The notes: generated by a model not told the origin, from the sequence alone. 64,000 nucleotides of DNA from Psammoneis japonica (GCA_008632985.1 QPGO01000006.1:555138-619137); one strand, 5' to 3'. Counted from the first letter of the stretch, positions 11,131 to 24,780 are shown. Made by a program: numbers and translations.

Positions 11131-12205
11131 ATGAGAGGGGAACAACGACAAGTCGTTGAGGATGAGGCGCCGAAGAAAGCGTCACGATCCAGATTGATGT
11201 TGGAAATCTTTAGTCACCGTATGCTCAATCATGGCTGGAATTGTCATGGGAAAAAATGCTTTCGCTGGAAAAGTAAAATGGCCTGAGAAGTTCCCATGGG
11301 AGAACATAAAGAATCATAATAAAGATTCTTCAGATCACGACCAACTAATTGCAGGCACAGACAGCAAGCAACCGGAAACAAAAGTAGGCGATGACAATTC
11401 TAGAAAGGGTGAAGAAGAATGGGAGAACTTTACGTTCTGGCAACTCTACGACTACTTCCAATGTGAGTTTTGGGAAGACGAACACGAGGTGGAGTCTCAA
11501 ATTCCCACTCAGGAGACCTATCAGTTATTACGAGAGACGTTTTACAATGTTGTTGGACCTGAAAACTCAACGATTGGTCCGCCTTTGGATGGCTCGAATG
11601 GGTTCAAGTACCCCTATCTCGTCAAACAAAGCCCTAATAAAGGCCGAGGAATCTTTGCCGCAACAGACATTCCCAAAGGAGCGTTGGTTTGGTCCAATGA
11701 TAGAGCTGCCGTCTTTCCAGATGCGTCGTATTACAGGAAGTTCTTGCTATCGTTGCCACCAAATATTGCCTGTGATTGTATGCAATGGACTTATATATAC
11801 GATCTATACGGTTTGGGTAAGGACAAGAAGAAAATCATGATTGATCTCGATGAAGGTGCCATGTGCAACGACGGCGAAGAAACCGACGACGGCAGTGACA
11901 TTTCCAATCTAGGTTGGGATAGAGAGCGTGCCAAAAAAGTAAACTCGGGAAACGGAATGCACTTTTTTGCTCTGCGGGATATCAAAGCCGGAGAAGAGTT
12001 CCTATGTGTTTACACGGAGTTTTCTGCGGAAGGCGAAAACGACTGGGCAAATCACGGTCTAGACTGGGAAAGAAAACCAGAAGAAGACTCCTCATTACGA
12101 GATCCGGAAGACGAAGATGATGACTTCGATTATGACGTCGATGATGAATTTATGGATGATGGTGAGGATCAACATGACCACTCGGTAGCTGCTGAAGGGC
12201 GTTGA
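11131..12205 (+). CDS. SET-domain protein with N-terminal hydrophobic segment and acidic tail; apparent 1-bp frameshift near 11210
   Basis: KQSPNKGRGIFAATDIPKG, MCND and FFALRDIKAGEEFLCVY SET motifs. Confidence 0.85.
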
Positions 12206-12424
12206 ACACATTCAATCAAATCAGAAGCAGAGTTCGAAGAGAGCCACAATAGGCCATGTCGTTGTCGAATTTGCGTGAAACTGGAATGCTACGAATAAAC
12301 ATCGGTATGATAGAACCTATTCCTTGAGAGAATAAGACGATGCGTGGTCGGTAATTCTACTTAGTATTGTAGCCATCAGTTGGCTGAGCTTTGACCCAAG
12401 ATGATATCATTGTGGATTCCAAAC

Positions 12425-13777
12425 TCAATTCAGGAGAGCCCCAATTGAGCCCGCCGTCAATTTACATTCCTGCTTTTTATTCAAATGAAGACCAGGATCA
12501 ATGTCTGTATCATACCCATCAGGAACAGCAAACGGGGTTGTCCTTGTCATTTCTTGAACCGATGCATCCAACGCGAACACGGTTTCGCGGTCTTGATCGA
12601 TATCAACCATTTCTCTGTTTTCATAAACGTTTCCGTCGTGCTTCCAGTGTCTACTGTACGTTGCAAAAAGAACTGTTCGCAAGTGCGGACTCACGTTACT
12701 TCCGCCCCGATGCCAAATCTGATTGTCCCAAAAGATTGCATCATTCATATTGAGCAGGGGTGACCTCATCATGTTTTCGGGGCATCCATCAGATTCGGCA
12801 AACTTGTAGTACAACGAGTTCCTGTCCGTCAAAGCAGGGTCCTTCACAGGGGGAAACAAGTGCATACCGCCCAAGTAGGACGATCCTACACACATTTCAG
12901 TCGGACCCATGTCTCTCGTCACATTCCCCAAGGGCGTAAACATGAGGATCTGGGTTGGCGGCAAATCGTGTCCGGCAACCCCGTTCAACGTACGAAATGC
13001 TTCTTCTTCTCCGAAAAGGTATTCATCGTCATGATGCCATTCTTGATATCCAGTCCCTGGGTCTGCCGAGACAACGCCTAATCCGTCGATAATCATGTGT
13101 GGTCCCAGGATAAAGTTGTCGTCGTCGGCAAGAAGTTCCAAAACGTTGTCATCCAATAGAAAGTCGGGATCCGCCAAATGTCGAGGAAGAAGAATCTCCC
13201 ATCGACCCGTTTGCCGTTCCTCCATAAATCCACCTCCATACGATGGATTCGTTGTGTGGCCGGTATGATTGACTTGTCCTGTGTGGAGGCCCACTAGAAA
13301 ATCAGAAACTCGGTCCTTGTACTCCTCCATGAAATCAGGATCAAACAAATTACGAACTACTAGCATTCGGCATTTTGCCAGAGTCTTCCGAGCATCTTGA
13401 ACACTGTAGTTTGGGTCAGTCAAATCATATTCCCATTCCATGCACTCGGGGTCTTCGACGACGTTTAGAAAATCACGAATGTGCCGATCCGCAAACAAGA
13501 GCTCACCGTCCTTGTCGACGTAGCCTTTGTCCATCATCCAGTCGATATAATCCTTGTCTCGGGAATTGTCATACATTTTTTCTCTCTCAACTGCGTCTAG
13601 AATATCATTCAACTCATCGGAAGAAAACAAATCTTGAAACAAAAAGAGCGCTTCTTTTTCTGACTTAGTGTTCAAAAGAATGTTGACGGCCGCGTTCATT
13701 TTCGCTGCTCTTGTTTCTGCTGTTACTTTGGTAGTAAGCACAGCGATTGCAAAGCTGGAAATCAGCGCGACCTTCAT
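12425..13777 (-). CDS. Secreted PhyH-like 2OG-Fe(II) dioxygenase
   Basis: Signal peptide MKVALISSFAIAVL; QEWHHD (HxD), GPTE, WHRGGSN...R motifs. Confidence 0.85.
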   Translation of the reverse strand: MKVALISSFAIAVLTTKVTAETRAAKMNAAVNILLNTKSEKEALFLFQDLFSSDELNDILDAVEREKMYDNSRDKDYIDWMMDKGYVDKDGELLFADRHIRDFLNVVEDPECMEWEYDLTDPNYSVQDARKTLAKCRMLVVRNLFDPDFMEEYKDRVSDFLVGLHTGQVNHTGHTTNPSYGGGFMEERQTGRWEILLPRHLADPDFLLDDNVLELLADDDNFILGPHMIIDGLGVVSADPGTGYQEWHHDDEYLFGEEEAFRTLNGVAGHDLPPTQILMFTPLGNVTRDMGPTEMCVGSSYLGGMHLFPPVKDPALTDRNSLYYKFAESDGCPENMMRSPLLNMNDAIFWDNQIWHRGGSNVSPHLRTVLFATYSRHWKHDGNVYENREMVDIDQDRETVFALDASVQEMTRTTPFAVPDGYDTDIDPGLHLNKKQECKLTAGSIGALLN

Positions 13778-14599
13778 GGTTGATCCTTTTGTTTTGTATG
13801 ACTCGCTTTTATTGTGGATTATGTGAGGTGTGAGCGTTGAGCTGTCGAGGTGCACGAGCGTTGGAAAGAGAGATGCCTTCGCATTCAAAGATCTTGTATT
13901 AAAACTCTACGTACTCGAATAAAATTTGAAATTTTGAAATTGGCCGGAGAAAATTTGTATGATAGTAGTCTGTCTTTTCAACAAGAGAAGATGCGTTTTC
14001 GTTCCTACCCATTTCGTCCAACAATCTTGTCTGCCTCAAAAATCTCTGAAGCTGCGGGAAAGTCAGGTTATGAGCCAAAACTAGCGCTCTGATGCTGTCG
14101 TGAAACAAGACTGTGTCGTGCGCTGGGTACACCATCCACGACCCCATGTTGGCGGAAACAGTCTGCGTGCGGTTCACGTGAAAGACGCGATTTTTTCAAG
14201 AGAACAAGACGATTTCGGCCCTCTAGTTCAAGTTTAAGCCTAGGACCAGATTTAATTCTTGACAGGGCACTGCCACCACAATTGAGAGCCATTGAGTAGC
14301 CAGTTTGCATGATGGCAGTGACACAGAAATCTGATGGAAAGAAAACGCAAAAATGAGTGCGGTGCGGTGCAGCATTTTTGTCCGCGTTTGGAATCCCTGT
14401 CGCAGGCTCCAGCAGCTTACAACAGATGTGTCATGCTACAGCATCTAAATGCACATCATGACTGATGAAAAGAAACAGTTTGCCATCCACACTGCAAACA
14501 GAGCCAACACAGATTGCAGCAGTGTGCTGCTGCGATTCAATCCCTGCGAAATTGCGACCCCGACTGAACCTTGTCCGGCTTCGGCAATGGAACGTCTTT

Positions 14600-15654
14600 C
14601 GGATTCGGCTTCAGATTTCCATGCAAATCTTCTGTGCAAAAAGACCTTTGCCATGCTCAAATGACAATTGTGTCACAACAGCGCAGGCACGGAAACATTG
14701 GCTGTGCAGGCGGATGTCGTGACGAAAGCATTGCGAAAGACACCCAAACAGCTTGAGACGATCATTTGCCGTCTCTTGTTTGTTGCGCACAGCCCCTCTG
14801 CCTTGGCGACAACTTTTGGCTCCATGTGGCGAATCCCACTCGTGCTCTTTACATGCTCCGGGTCCTCCGCTCCGCAGCCATCATCGGCTTCGACCCTCTC
14901 GTTCTCTCCCAAACAGTGCTTGACAGAGTGACGGAAGATTTCGAGATCGGGCCAATCTCCACAAGGAAACAGCCCGTTGATCCACACAATGTTGCCGGTC
15001 AAAATGCACACACAAACTTCATGCCGGAGGGCAGCCTTTTTGAACTTGAAAGAACAAAATGCCTTTGGGTTTTTCCCTTGGCTGGTCGCTTGACAATCGG
15101 TGCAATCGACTGTCACCAAGCAGTCGAGGCCCTTGTCTCTAATGAGATGATTCAACCACACAATCTGTGAAACCCGCAGAGGAAAAGGTCAGACTGAGCA
15201 TCATTCATGTGACACAATCAGGCTGAAAACTCACCACTTCGAACTCCAAATGCGAAACTCGGTCAATGAAGAACCAACTCCACTTGCGAAACGTCTGTTT
15301 GTCAACTCCGCCGCATTTACAAGCAAGGTCTTCTTCGGTTTTGTATGTTTTCACCAAAAGCAACGCCCAGAGCAGATGAACTGGCTTTGCATGTTTCTCA
15401 TCTTTATCTGGCTCTGATTCTGGGTCGGGAACGCCAATCCTCAGCCCAATCCAGATGTCGACACAGACAGCGGGCTCAACAGCAAAGTGAGATGTCCACC
15501 GTCGGTTGAACACCACTTCGCTCCCAGTCCACGGGTGGCGGTTCATGATTTCACTGCCAAGTTCAATGAATGTGTCGTGGTCAGGACCCGGCTTCTTCTT
15601 TGTGGGGGGTCCTGCCGTGGCATCGCCCTGTGGGCGTCGTCGAGTCAACGACAT
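14600..15654 (-). mobile_element. Degenerate DDE_Tnp_4-type (PIF/Harbinger/ISL2EU-like) transposase with one intron
   Basis: HLLWALLLVKTY, VDKQTFRKW, VTVDCTD, RHEV, IVWINGLFPCG, VEADDG; GTGAGT...CAG intron at 15234-15165; frameshift near 14790. Confidence 0.85.
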
Positions 15655-15970
15655 CGTGGAGTGTCGTTTTCTCCGCAAAACTGGGCCCGCCAAGATGGAT
15701 GCAACATCAATGATTCTTGTGCAGTCTCGAATGTGGTTTTTTTTTGTGAGCCGTTAAAAGTCATGCATTGATGCAGTGCGGTTGTGCGACGACACAGGCG
15801 AACGCTTTCGAACTGCTTCGCACAGTGCCGTGATGTACGACGCTCAACAGCTGTGATTTGAATTAGAGTTCTTAATCCATTGAGGTTGTGTGATAAAATA
15901 CAATGCATTGGCTTGCACACACATGAAATGTAATTTTTGCATCTGTGGATGTGCAATTTTTCAGAATCTG

Positions 15971-16510
15971 GAATTTTGACCGGACTTTTTGATTTTGACC
16001 AAAAAGAGAAAGTCCGGTCAAAATTCAAAATTTTCGGTCAAAATGAGCCGAAAAAAAAGAGGCGTTTTCGGCTCACTTCAGTGGCCTGCTGTCTGCAACC
16101 AAAGCCCGTTTGACAGCAGGCCGCTGCTTGTTCAAGGAGTGCTGCATGACTGCTGTTCAGAATCATCCTTCTTCATGTCATCTGCGGATTAAATCTAAAG
16201 ACACACAAGGTTGCACAGACATGAAAAAACTGACCTGAAAATGGTTTTCAGCTCACTTTAGCCTCATTTGCATTTTGTGTGATTGCACCAGACGGCAGCA
16301 CTGAGGTGCTTTCTGATTGCTTGTTTTTGCAACTCTTTGACAGTGTGTCATTGTGTCATCCAACGGCCTTTCGCATGAAGACAGGAAGGATTGAAGTGAC
16401 CGGAAAATGAAAAAGACCCATTTGAAATTTTGGGCCGAATTCGATTTTTCCGGTCGGATTGACCGGACATTTGTTGCTTGACTGGAATTCTCTCAACTGA
16501 CCGGAAATTT
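15971..16510. repeat. Cluster of transposon terminal and subterminal motifs
   Basis: Perfect 18-bp inverted repeat at 15971-15988/16009-16026; related ends ttttcggctcacttca (16065), ttttcagctcacttta (16245) and inverted tgaagtgaccggaaaa (16392); repeated TGACCGGA. Confidence 0.65.
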
Positions 16511-16773
16511 GGCGTTGATGTCCAATGATCACATTCAGTTTTAAAGCCATCATTGTCAACGTCACCATAAAAGCTTGCATGTGATTTTATCGTGTGTCTC
16601 TGCGTCACCTGCACAATGAAAACGTGGCATGGTGCACGCAGGCAGCCCAAACGAAGGCTCTCGATGGCTTTCGAAGAACGAAGCCGAGGCTCCACGCTCA
16701 CTCAGGAGCCAAGACGCAGACGCATCCACCCGCACTTCTGAGCTTGATCATCGTTGTTTGCTTGCTCCTGTCA

Positions 16774-18043
16774 ATGGGACCGCGTTGGGGAACAAAGCAA
16801 CGTCACGAGTGCACGAAGCACTTTAACTCATTCCATGCCAGCAAAGGCAAAGAGGGATGGGACCCGAACAACACCGAGGAGGCGTGTGTCAAGTCCAAGG
16901 TCGCGATGTCGGAAATCATCCGTCCGTTTCTGCATCGAAACCTTGGTGGTCACAAAGATCACAAATCGTTTGACAAGGCTCTCGGTGGCTACAAAAGAAC
17001 CTCTGGTGAGCATTTTGTTGAATTGGCCATTGATGGAACCCGTCGAAGTGCGTGAATTGTCACTTCACCCTGTTGGTTGTTGTTCACGCTCACATTCGCC
17101 GTGACTCATGATGATCTTTTTTTTCCTTGACAGAAGCATGCCCAGCAGACAAGGAGAAAACAGGCGCACGGGCAACTCAAGAAACAGCAGGACAAGGGGT
17201 TGCACGGCTGCCGCAAGGAGGAGACGAAAACGACGACTGCGACAGTGCCGACGACAGCGACCATGAGTTCGAGGAGCAAGAAGACAAATCTGAGGAGGAG
17301 GCGGACGACGAAGGCAATGGCAACAAGCAACAAGAACCCATGAGCACTGGCAACATGAAGAGCCCCAGTGCTGCACCAAGCAAGAAGTCCAAGACGAAGA
17401 GGACTCCCAAGAGCTCCTCGAAAAAGAAGTCGGGCGCAGAAGACTCTCGTCTTGCAAGAGAAATGCAGGAGAAGCTGAACATCTCCAGCCACACGCGCTA
17501 CGTCCGAGACGACATTTTGCCATGCTCCCCCCCATGTCTGGACAGAGCCGGACTCGGGGATCAACTGCGTCACGATCGAAATCGAGCTCCTTGGCACGAT
17601 GGTGGCGCAGGACTGCAAGCCGAGCATCGTGCGCGATGGCACAGAGGTGACTGTGGAGTGCAAGTTCCCAAATGGCGGGGACCTGATGGACCCAGCACAC
17701 CTTTTGTTGACTCACAAGGATCACATTGATTTTTCAGATCAGCACCCGAAGTGTTCAGCCAAGCAGGGGGGCAATGAGGGCCTTGAAAGAGTTGAGCTTT
17801 GACAAGGAAGAAGACAGGAAGCTCCACATTGAGCTTCCTTTCCCTTGCAATTCGAGTGGATTCTATGATCCACTCAAGGATGAGGATAACCAGCATCCAG
17901 CGGTCAACCTGTGTCCGATTCATCCGCGGGAGAGTGTCCCTGAAGGTGCGCCGAAAGCATCCATGAAGAAACCAGAGCTGACCCTGGAGAGCTTGGAAAA
18001 ACCCAGGCATGCGCAAGAGGTCGTGTCGGCTAGTTTCTTCTAG
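16774..18043 (+). pseudogene. Degenerate gene, probable accessory gene of a DNA transposon
   Basis: Lies inside the TA-depleted domain next to terminal motifs; likely intron about 17048-17132; acidic/Lys-rich linker; frameshifts. Confidence 0.45.
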
Positions 18044-18628
18044 GCAGCAGCACACAATGTAGTTGTAAATCTAGATTGCATTGTTTGGGGCACTTTTGTC
18101 TAGCTCTAATTTTTCTGTCGGATGTTTTTCAAATCTAGCTCTTGCTTGTGCAAGGTGCTTGCTTGCGAGCAGCATGTGCTGGGCCGACTGGTGGGGTCCA
18201 GCACTCCCAAATGAAATCAGAACAAGAATGTCAGCCTGGCGAGACATCTGGACAAACTCCTTTCACATCGTAATTGACCTGCCGTTCACGGCAGTGGTCT
18301 TCTTCCCGTGTGGATCCGTAGCTGACCTGGATGCGCAGACGACTGATCTGCGCCGAATCCCGTTTCGCGTTTGCAGAATAGGCATCCAAACTTTACGCGT
18401 CAGAACATGACTTTCCCGCAGCTTCTCTGTAGAATTTGGTATGAAATCTACGTGTCGTGTCACTAACAACGTCACAACTTGGTGACATCACCTGAACGCA
18501 CTCAGCTTTCTCGCAACAAGGCGGGAACGCTGTGTACTGTATTGTGTATGTATCATCAGGAGCAACAAAAAGGTGTTGTCAACGCCACTAACAAACAGCC
18601 GAAAAGAGCAACTCTTCATTGAAACAAC

Positions 18629-19161
18629 ATGTCGTTTTCGATTCGTTCCATTCTTGCCATTTTTGCTGCAATTGCTTTTGTAACAACAACAGAAGCGTTT
18701 GGAGTTGTTCGTCCCAGTGTTGGTCATCGCACAACGACGACGACAAGTTTGAACATCTTTGGTGATGCTCTCAAGGGCGCTTTTGCTAATGAAGACAAGG
18801 GACCTCGTGAAAATGCTGGATTAAAAGGCGTAAGTCTGATGTAACGACTGCTGGGAAAACCCATGATTCAGAGATACCTGGCAATCGATGTTGCTCGTGC
18901 TCAAACTCATTACTTTTCTTTTCTGTGCGTGTGCTTTAGGGCCCAAACTACAACGATAATGTCACGGTCAATGGCAAGCCAGTCAAAGCCGTCGTGGGAC
19001 AAAAAGTGAGCGTCGTGGCTGCATCGGCGCGAGTCAAGATTGCCTACAATTGCAAACAGGGTGATTGTGGAACGTGCATGGTGAAAATCAACGGACGCAA
19101 CGCCAAGGCGTGCCAAGCCACCATTCCTTCGGGACGATGTGCAATTCAGACAATTAATTAA
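18629..19161 (+). CDS. Plastid-targeted small 2Fe-2S ferredoxin-domain protein (2 exons: 18629-18829, 18940-19161)
   Basis: Signal peptide plus TEA-FG; spliced product contains CKQGDCGTC...KACQ (C-x4-C-x2-C...C); GT-AG intron 18830-18939. Confidence 0.9.
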
Positions 19162-19351
19162 AGAGAGGGGATTGTGTTGCTGATTTTCTAGAAGTTATTG
19201 ACGAATTAGAGAAAATGGTGATACCGAGGATTGAGCCGTTGCGAATGTACGTCGATGACAAACTTTTGCGATACACAACTAATCTTTGAGAAGTCTACTT
19301 CATAATTGCGAATCTAGCTTGTGTTCATAGTCTATCGTTTGCGTAACCCTC

Positions 19352-21350
19352 TTACACGTAGTATGCCTTGATGAAAATACTTTGAATCCACGGTTCAATC
19401 GATGCTCTCGTGAGCAAATAAAACACGACACCCAATAAAATGGAAATTGGCAAGGCAGGCAGTGCATGATGATAGACGGCCAACAGAACAAGGGTAAACC
19501 CAAGACCCGCCAACACAACCAAGGTGCAGGCAGCAAAGGTTGTGAAACTGTACAAGGCAGCGGTTGCCACCAAGATGGAATAAAAGATAAAAGTCGCCCT
19601 AAAGGAGAAAAAAGCAGCATAGACAGTGAGACAAAGAAGTCGTCTCAAAATCTGAACATCTTTTGCACAAAAATGCAAACCAACTTACAAGGCCCAGCTT
19701 AATCGTACTGTCCTTTTGCGATTCGTCGGCATCTCGAGGTTGCTCTTCAAACACTCTTCCATCTTCAGCTACATATAGTCGTCGCCGTACAACTCCGTGC
19801 CGATCTCGCACAATATACCGTGGTCCATTGTTGCTACCATTTCCGTCCGATGGGTATTCACAATCAATCCGTCCACCGTTGCGAGGAAAAATAGCTTCGA
19901 CATTGGCCTGCAGTTGAGCAGGTGTGTAGAGCCGCGCCAAGAGGGCATTGGGAGTTGAATTTGCAACCTCTTCTTCGGTCAGCTCTTCTTCTGCTTGTCG
20001 TGCCGGTTGGACGGGGTTGACGAGACGTAGTTTATACAGTTTGGCAATAGCTAGCGGAATCATGGCTGTTGGACGACCATTGTTTTGGTTGTTTGGTGGA
20101 GAAGCATCCGTATCTACGTGATCAGCCGTCTCTTCTGGTTGCGGTATTGGAAACCCTTGGTCGTCCACCCCGGAAAACGACGACGTGCTTGTGGGAGACA
20201 CGTCTGGTATCTCCTCGTCGGTCTCAACAACAACGCTATCTTCTGGTACAGTCATGGATGATGATCGAACCGTGCTTTCTACACCCACTGCACTGGATGA
20301 CCCAAGGCCTGAATCAGTTCGTACAGTGGTAGCCACGCTGGTCTCTTCTACCGTCAGTTCTGTATCACTTTGATGTCTCAATCGTCTTGCTCTTCGTCGT
20401 CTTCCCGGTGAATGTTCTGGCAACGTCTCTTCGGCATTTCTTTCTTGAGTATTTCTAGCACTCTCTGTAGCATTGTTGCTATTTTGTTGTTGTTGCTGCT
20501 GCTGCTCTTGTCGTGATCCCGGTCGTCGAGCATGCGATGGCAAATGTGCTTCATACAAGAGTCCAGGAAGTATTCCGTCCGAACCTTCCTTGGTCATGAG
20601 TTTCACCAACCACTTGAGTGGTCCACAGGGTGTCAGGACGGCACACAAATCATACAAGGCCAACATGACAAGCAAGGTCCACGATGTCCACGCATCAAAG
20701 TTGGAAAGCTGCCACGCCAAAATGACTGAAGTCGCAATGAGATATCCCTGTGTCGCATAGACGGGCACGCCTCGAGCAAAAAAGACACAGACGGTACCGA
20801 CCAGTGCAAAGTTCCACATTGTAAAATAAAAAGAAATCTTGTCAATGGTCAAATTGTACTTGTCAATTGCCACGGTAAACATGCGTCCACCCATAAATCC
20901 CAACAGCGTTCCGGACGCCAGCACCATGTAGGCCATTAACACTTTGAAGCACTTGTACTTGTACAGAAGTACAATCCCAAACGTCATGGCACACACCACC
21001 GACACGATGATTAGCGCATTCACCACGGACAAGCCCAGTGTTTCGGAATTGGAAGACGAATCAGTCGTGTCAAACACCGTGTAGGCGTTTGCCAATTGTT
21101 CTTGTCCTTCTTGTCGAGTTTCATCGGTATTGATATAAATGACAGCCAGTGATGCCAATACCATGGTGAGTGTTACGGGTTTGACAATGGCGTGATAGGA
21201 AGCGGCGCTGTACATGAGTTCCTCCACCGATAATTGATTACTGTTATTGTTGTTGTCATTTTCAGCAGAATTGTTGCGGTTGTTGTTTGTTGATGATGAT
21301 TCCTCTTCTTGTACCGCCTCCAGTCTCTCATTTTCTTCTTGAGGACTCAT
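19352..21350 (-). CDS. PSEN: Presenilin (gamma-secretase aspartyl protease), intron 19688-19599
   Basis: LALYDLCAVL (YD), spliced IKLGLGDFIFYS (GxGD), ALPALPIS (PAL), multiple TM segments. Confidence 0.95.
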
Positions 21351-21862
21351 AAGTATTGTAACAGGAGCGTCTTGTATGCAATCTAGTGTAAAGGTCAACA
21401 CAGAACCCAACAAATGCGATGATATGATCGACCGTGAGCGACCGAAAGGTCGAGTGTTGCGTGTTGCTTCACGCGCAACAACATACATGCTGTTTTTGCG
21501 CGTCGTCCGTTTGCCGTTGGGCGACTATGCCAAACAGTCATTATATACATATAAGTGATCTTATACAAATATAAAAGTTTCTAATTGCCCAAAAGCCAAT
21601 TCCCGGAACATTCAATCCCACATGAAATATACCTATTCAAACATGAGAATAGAACATTCGTTCCCGGATCACGTCAAAATGGCACAAAGGTCACGAAAAA
21701 ATCAAACGCCAACGCATACATCCGACCGTCGCGACGACTCGAGTCGTGACTTGTTTTGACGCGACTACCAAGAAGAGCACAATACCGGTAGTAACAAACC
21801 CGTCACACAAGAAGGGGTGCATGAATGAGATATCCTTTCGAGTAAAAAAGAGCATTCCAAAA

Positions 21863-24780
21863 ATGACGGACAAAACGAACGAAAGCGGCGAACGGTCTGC
21901 GACATTGATGGACGTTGCACTGCGGGAAAATGAGGTTGAGAATAATCTCACTCCTACTCGCACCAATTTGGACGATTCTTGTACTAGTATTGAGAAAACA
22001 TTGGATGAGTATGAATTAGACTCTTCCCTTCCATCAACAAATGATTCAGATTCTGGCCAAGAATTGTTGTCTGATACTACATCATCTCTCAACAAGAACG
22101 ACAAATCCGACGACGACTTTGATGCTCTTTCCATCATTAGCGATGCCGACAGCGAGTCCAATGGATCGGTATTTGAAGACTCGGATGAAGACGTGTGCTC
22201 TCCACCGCCCCCTCCTCCACCTCTGACATTAGACAGTAGTACTGACGAGGAAGAATGTTCTGTAATGTCAGAAGAGAGTGACGCCTCGGACCGAGGACAA
22301 TTGTTTCTTCCCAACCTGCTTCAGTCAAAAAGTGATAATGAAAGTTCTACACCAAACTCCGTGTCTTTGTTGGGACCACAAGTGACGAATAATCAAGTAC
22401 CGTCGCCATCAACTGCCTCCAGTACGACGAGAAGCAACAGCCCACTGTCGCTAGGAAAGGGCGCACTGTTGCTTCCAAACATGTTTCAACGAATGCGCAG
22501 CAAGTCGAACAACAGTATCAGCAGTGATACAACAAATGAAACAGGTCCAGCCTTTTCTACACAAAATAAAGGTGTCTCATCGCCAGCGCCAATCACTGCA
22601 AAGGACATTGATCGATTTCCCGTTCCCGAATACAAGGAGGAGAACCGCATGCTGATGCGATCCCCGTTGCCATCGCCAAGGACCGGTCCCAAACGAATTG
22701 TCATTCCTCAACCACGCACCTTGGCCGATGATTCCGATTCCGAAGATGGTCGTATGGAACGAGAAGAAACCACCATGAAACGGCTTGTCCGCATGGCCAA
22801 GCAACAGCATAATTTTGCGACAGCGTGGTTTGCCACAAGTGCCGGAGAAGAACCTGTACTACCTGCCATGGCTCCAAGGCCCAAACGACGACCACGACCG
22901 GCGCATCCTGCAGTGTTGAATGCAAGCTCATCCTCCAGTCGACCCGTGGATCTAGACATGGGTGATGACGATAGGAGTCAGGTTTCCGGCAGTACCACGA
23001 GCAGTGCGTCTTCACGAATGCGTTCTTTTCTAACAAAGATTATCCCATCGGCATCTAGCATCAATCCTGATGACTCTAGAGGTGCAATGACGCCAACTAC
23101 TGGTTCCCCCGGCTCTTCGGAATCGGATGACGTGGACCTAGAGGCTGCGAGATCGGGTACAGACAAGGACGGAGGAGTCTGGTATCGTACACGCAGTTTC
23201 TATGTGATTCTGGTGTTCTTGACTTTATGCATTGGTTCCGTAGCGGCGGCATCTGTTATACTCGCACAGCGGAGCCTTAGCGGCAACGACGATGGAAGCG
23301 CTTCGGCAAGCAGTACGTTTCCTCCCTTTCCCACACGGATTCCTACAATGACGCCGCCTTTTTCCCCTGCTCCCACGATGACCATGCCATCGTCCGAGCC
23401 AACGCCATCTCCATCATTGGCTCCATCCTTCGTGCCGTCGAGCGCGCCGTCGTCCGTACCGACAAGGCAGCCTTCAAGAGCTCCCAGCACGGCTCCATCG
23501 ATTTCACCCACGTCTTCGCCGGCACCGTCAAGTGCCCCTTCCATGGCTCCCACCAGTATTTTTTCTACAACCGTCTTTGAATTATTAGGATCCACTCTCC
23601 AAGGCAACTTGCAAGAGAACAATATGGCAATTCCGTTTCGCTATCGTCGGATGGACCGTCTTGCGGTTGGTGCACGATACTACGAACACAATGGCAACCG
23701 ACGCGCCGGTCGTGTTCAAGTCTTTGACCTAAAGGGCAAAGTATGGGCCATGAGAAATGACCCCCTGCAGTCTCTGTTCGGTCGAAACGACATGGACCAA
23801 TTTGGATTTTCCGTTTCACTGAGTGGCGACGGACGTCGACTCGCCGTTGCCGAACCAGGCTTTGACGGACCCGCCGGAAGTCGTTCGGGCAATGTGCGAG
23901 TCTTTGACTGGATCAATGGATTTTGGATCCAAGTAGGTGCCGACATTGGAGGCAAGCAGCGACAGACTTGTTTGGATACGGTCTGACGCTGTCGGGCAAT
24001 GGCCAGCGCCTTGCTGTGGGTGCCCCTTACCACGACAATGAAGTGGGGTCGCTGGCTGGACAAGTACGAATCTTTGAATTTTCCAGTGCCAAACGATTGG
24101 GAATCCCTCGGAAATGACATGGACGGAACGCAGGCCCTAGATTGGTTTGGATGGGACATTGATTTAGACTGGAACGGCGAGACCGTGGCAATTGGTGCAC
24201 CACGAAACAGCAATTTCGGCGGTTATGTTCGATGCTTTGTTCTGGAACAAGACGATTCGTGGAAACAAGTCGGAAATGATATTATCAATAACTTTGGTTT
24301 CGTACAGTTGGACGACCGCTTTGGTTCTTCCGTTTCGCTATCGGCTGATGGACAACGCGTGGCGGTAGGTGCTCCCGGAAAAGATGCCGACACGACACAA
24401 GTAACTCGGGTCTCGCAGCCGTTTATGAACTGGGCCTAACACCCGCTGGACAAGCATGGCTCCGATTAGGCGAAGCTCTGGCGGGTCAAGAATTTAACCA
24501 TCAGTTGGGTTGGTCCGTAGAATTGTCGTCGTCGGGTGAATTCTTATCGGTCGGTGCACCCGGCGTGGATGAGAACCGCGGCCAAGTCAACCTTTATCGC
24601 TGGAACGGAAACAGCGAGTGGGATGCGACATCCACACCTCTTCAAGGTACATCACCACAAGATGAGTTTGGTTTTGCCCTGGCAGTCTCGGACGATGGTT
24701 CTCGAGTGGCGGTGGGTGCCGTTGAAGCAGAAGCCGGAGGAGCGGGGTATGCACGAGTCTTTGAAGAAGCTTCTTCATGA
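21863..24780 (+). CDS. Single-pass membrane protein: long disordered N-terminus, TM, PS/PT-rich stalk, FG-GAP-like beta-propeller repeats; several frameshifts
   Basis: Repeated FGxSVSLSxDGxRxAVGAP motifs; TM FYVILVFLTLCIGSVAAASVILA; PSxAPS repeats. Confidence 0.8.
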
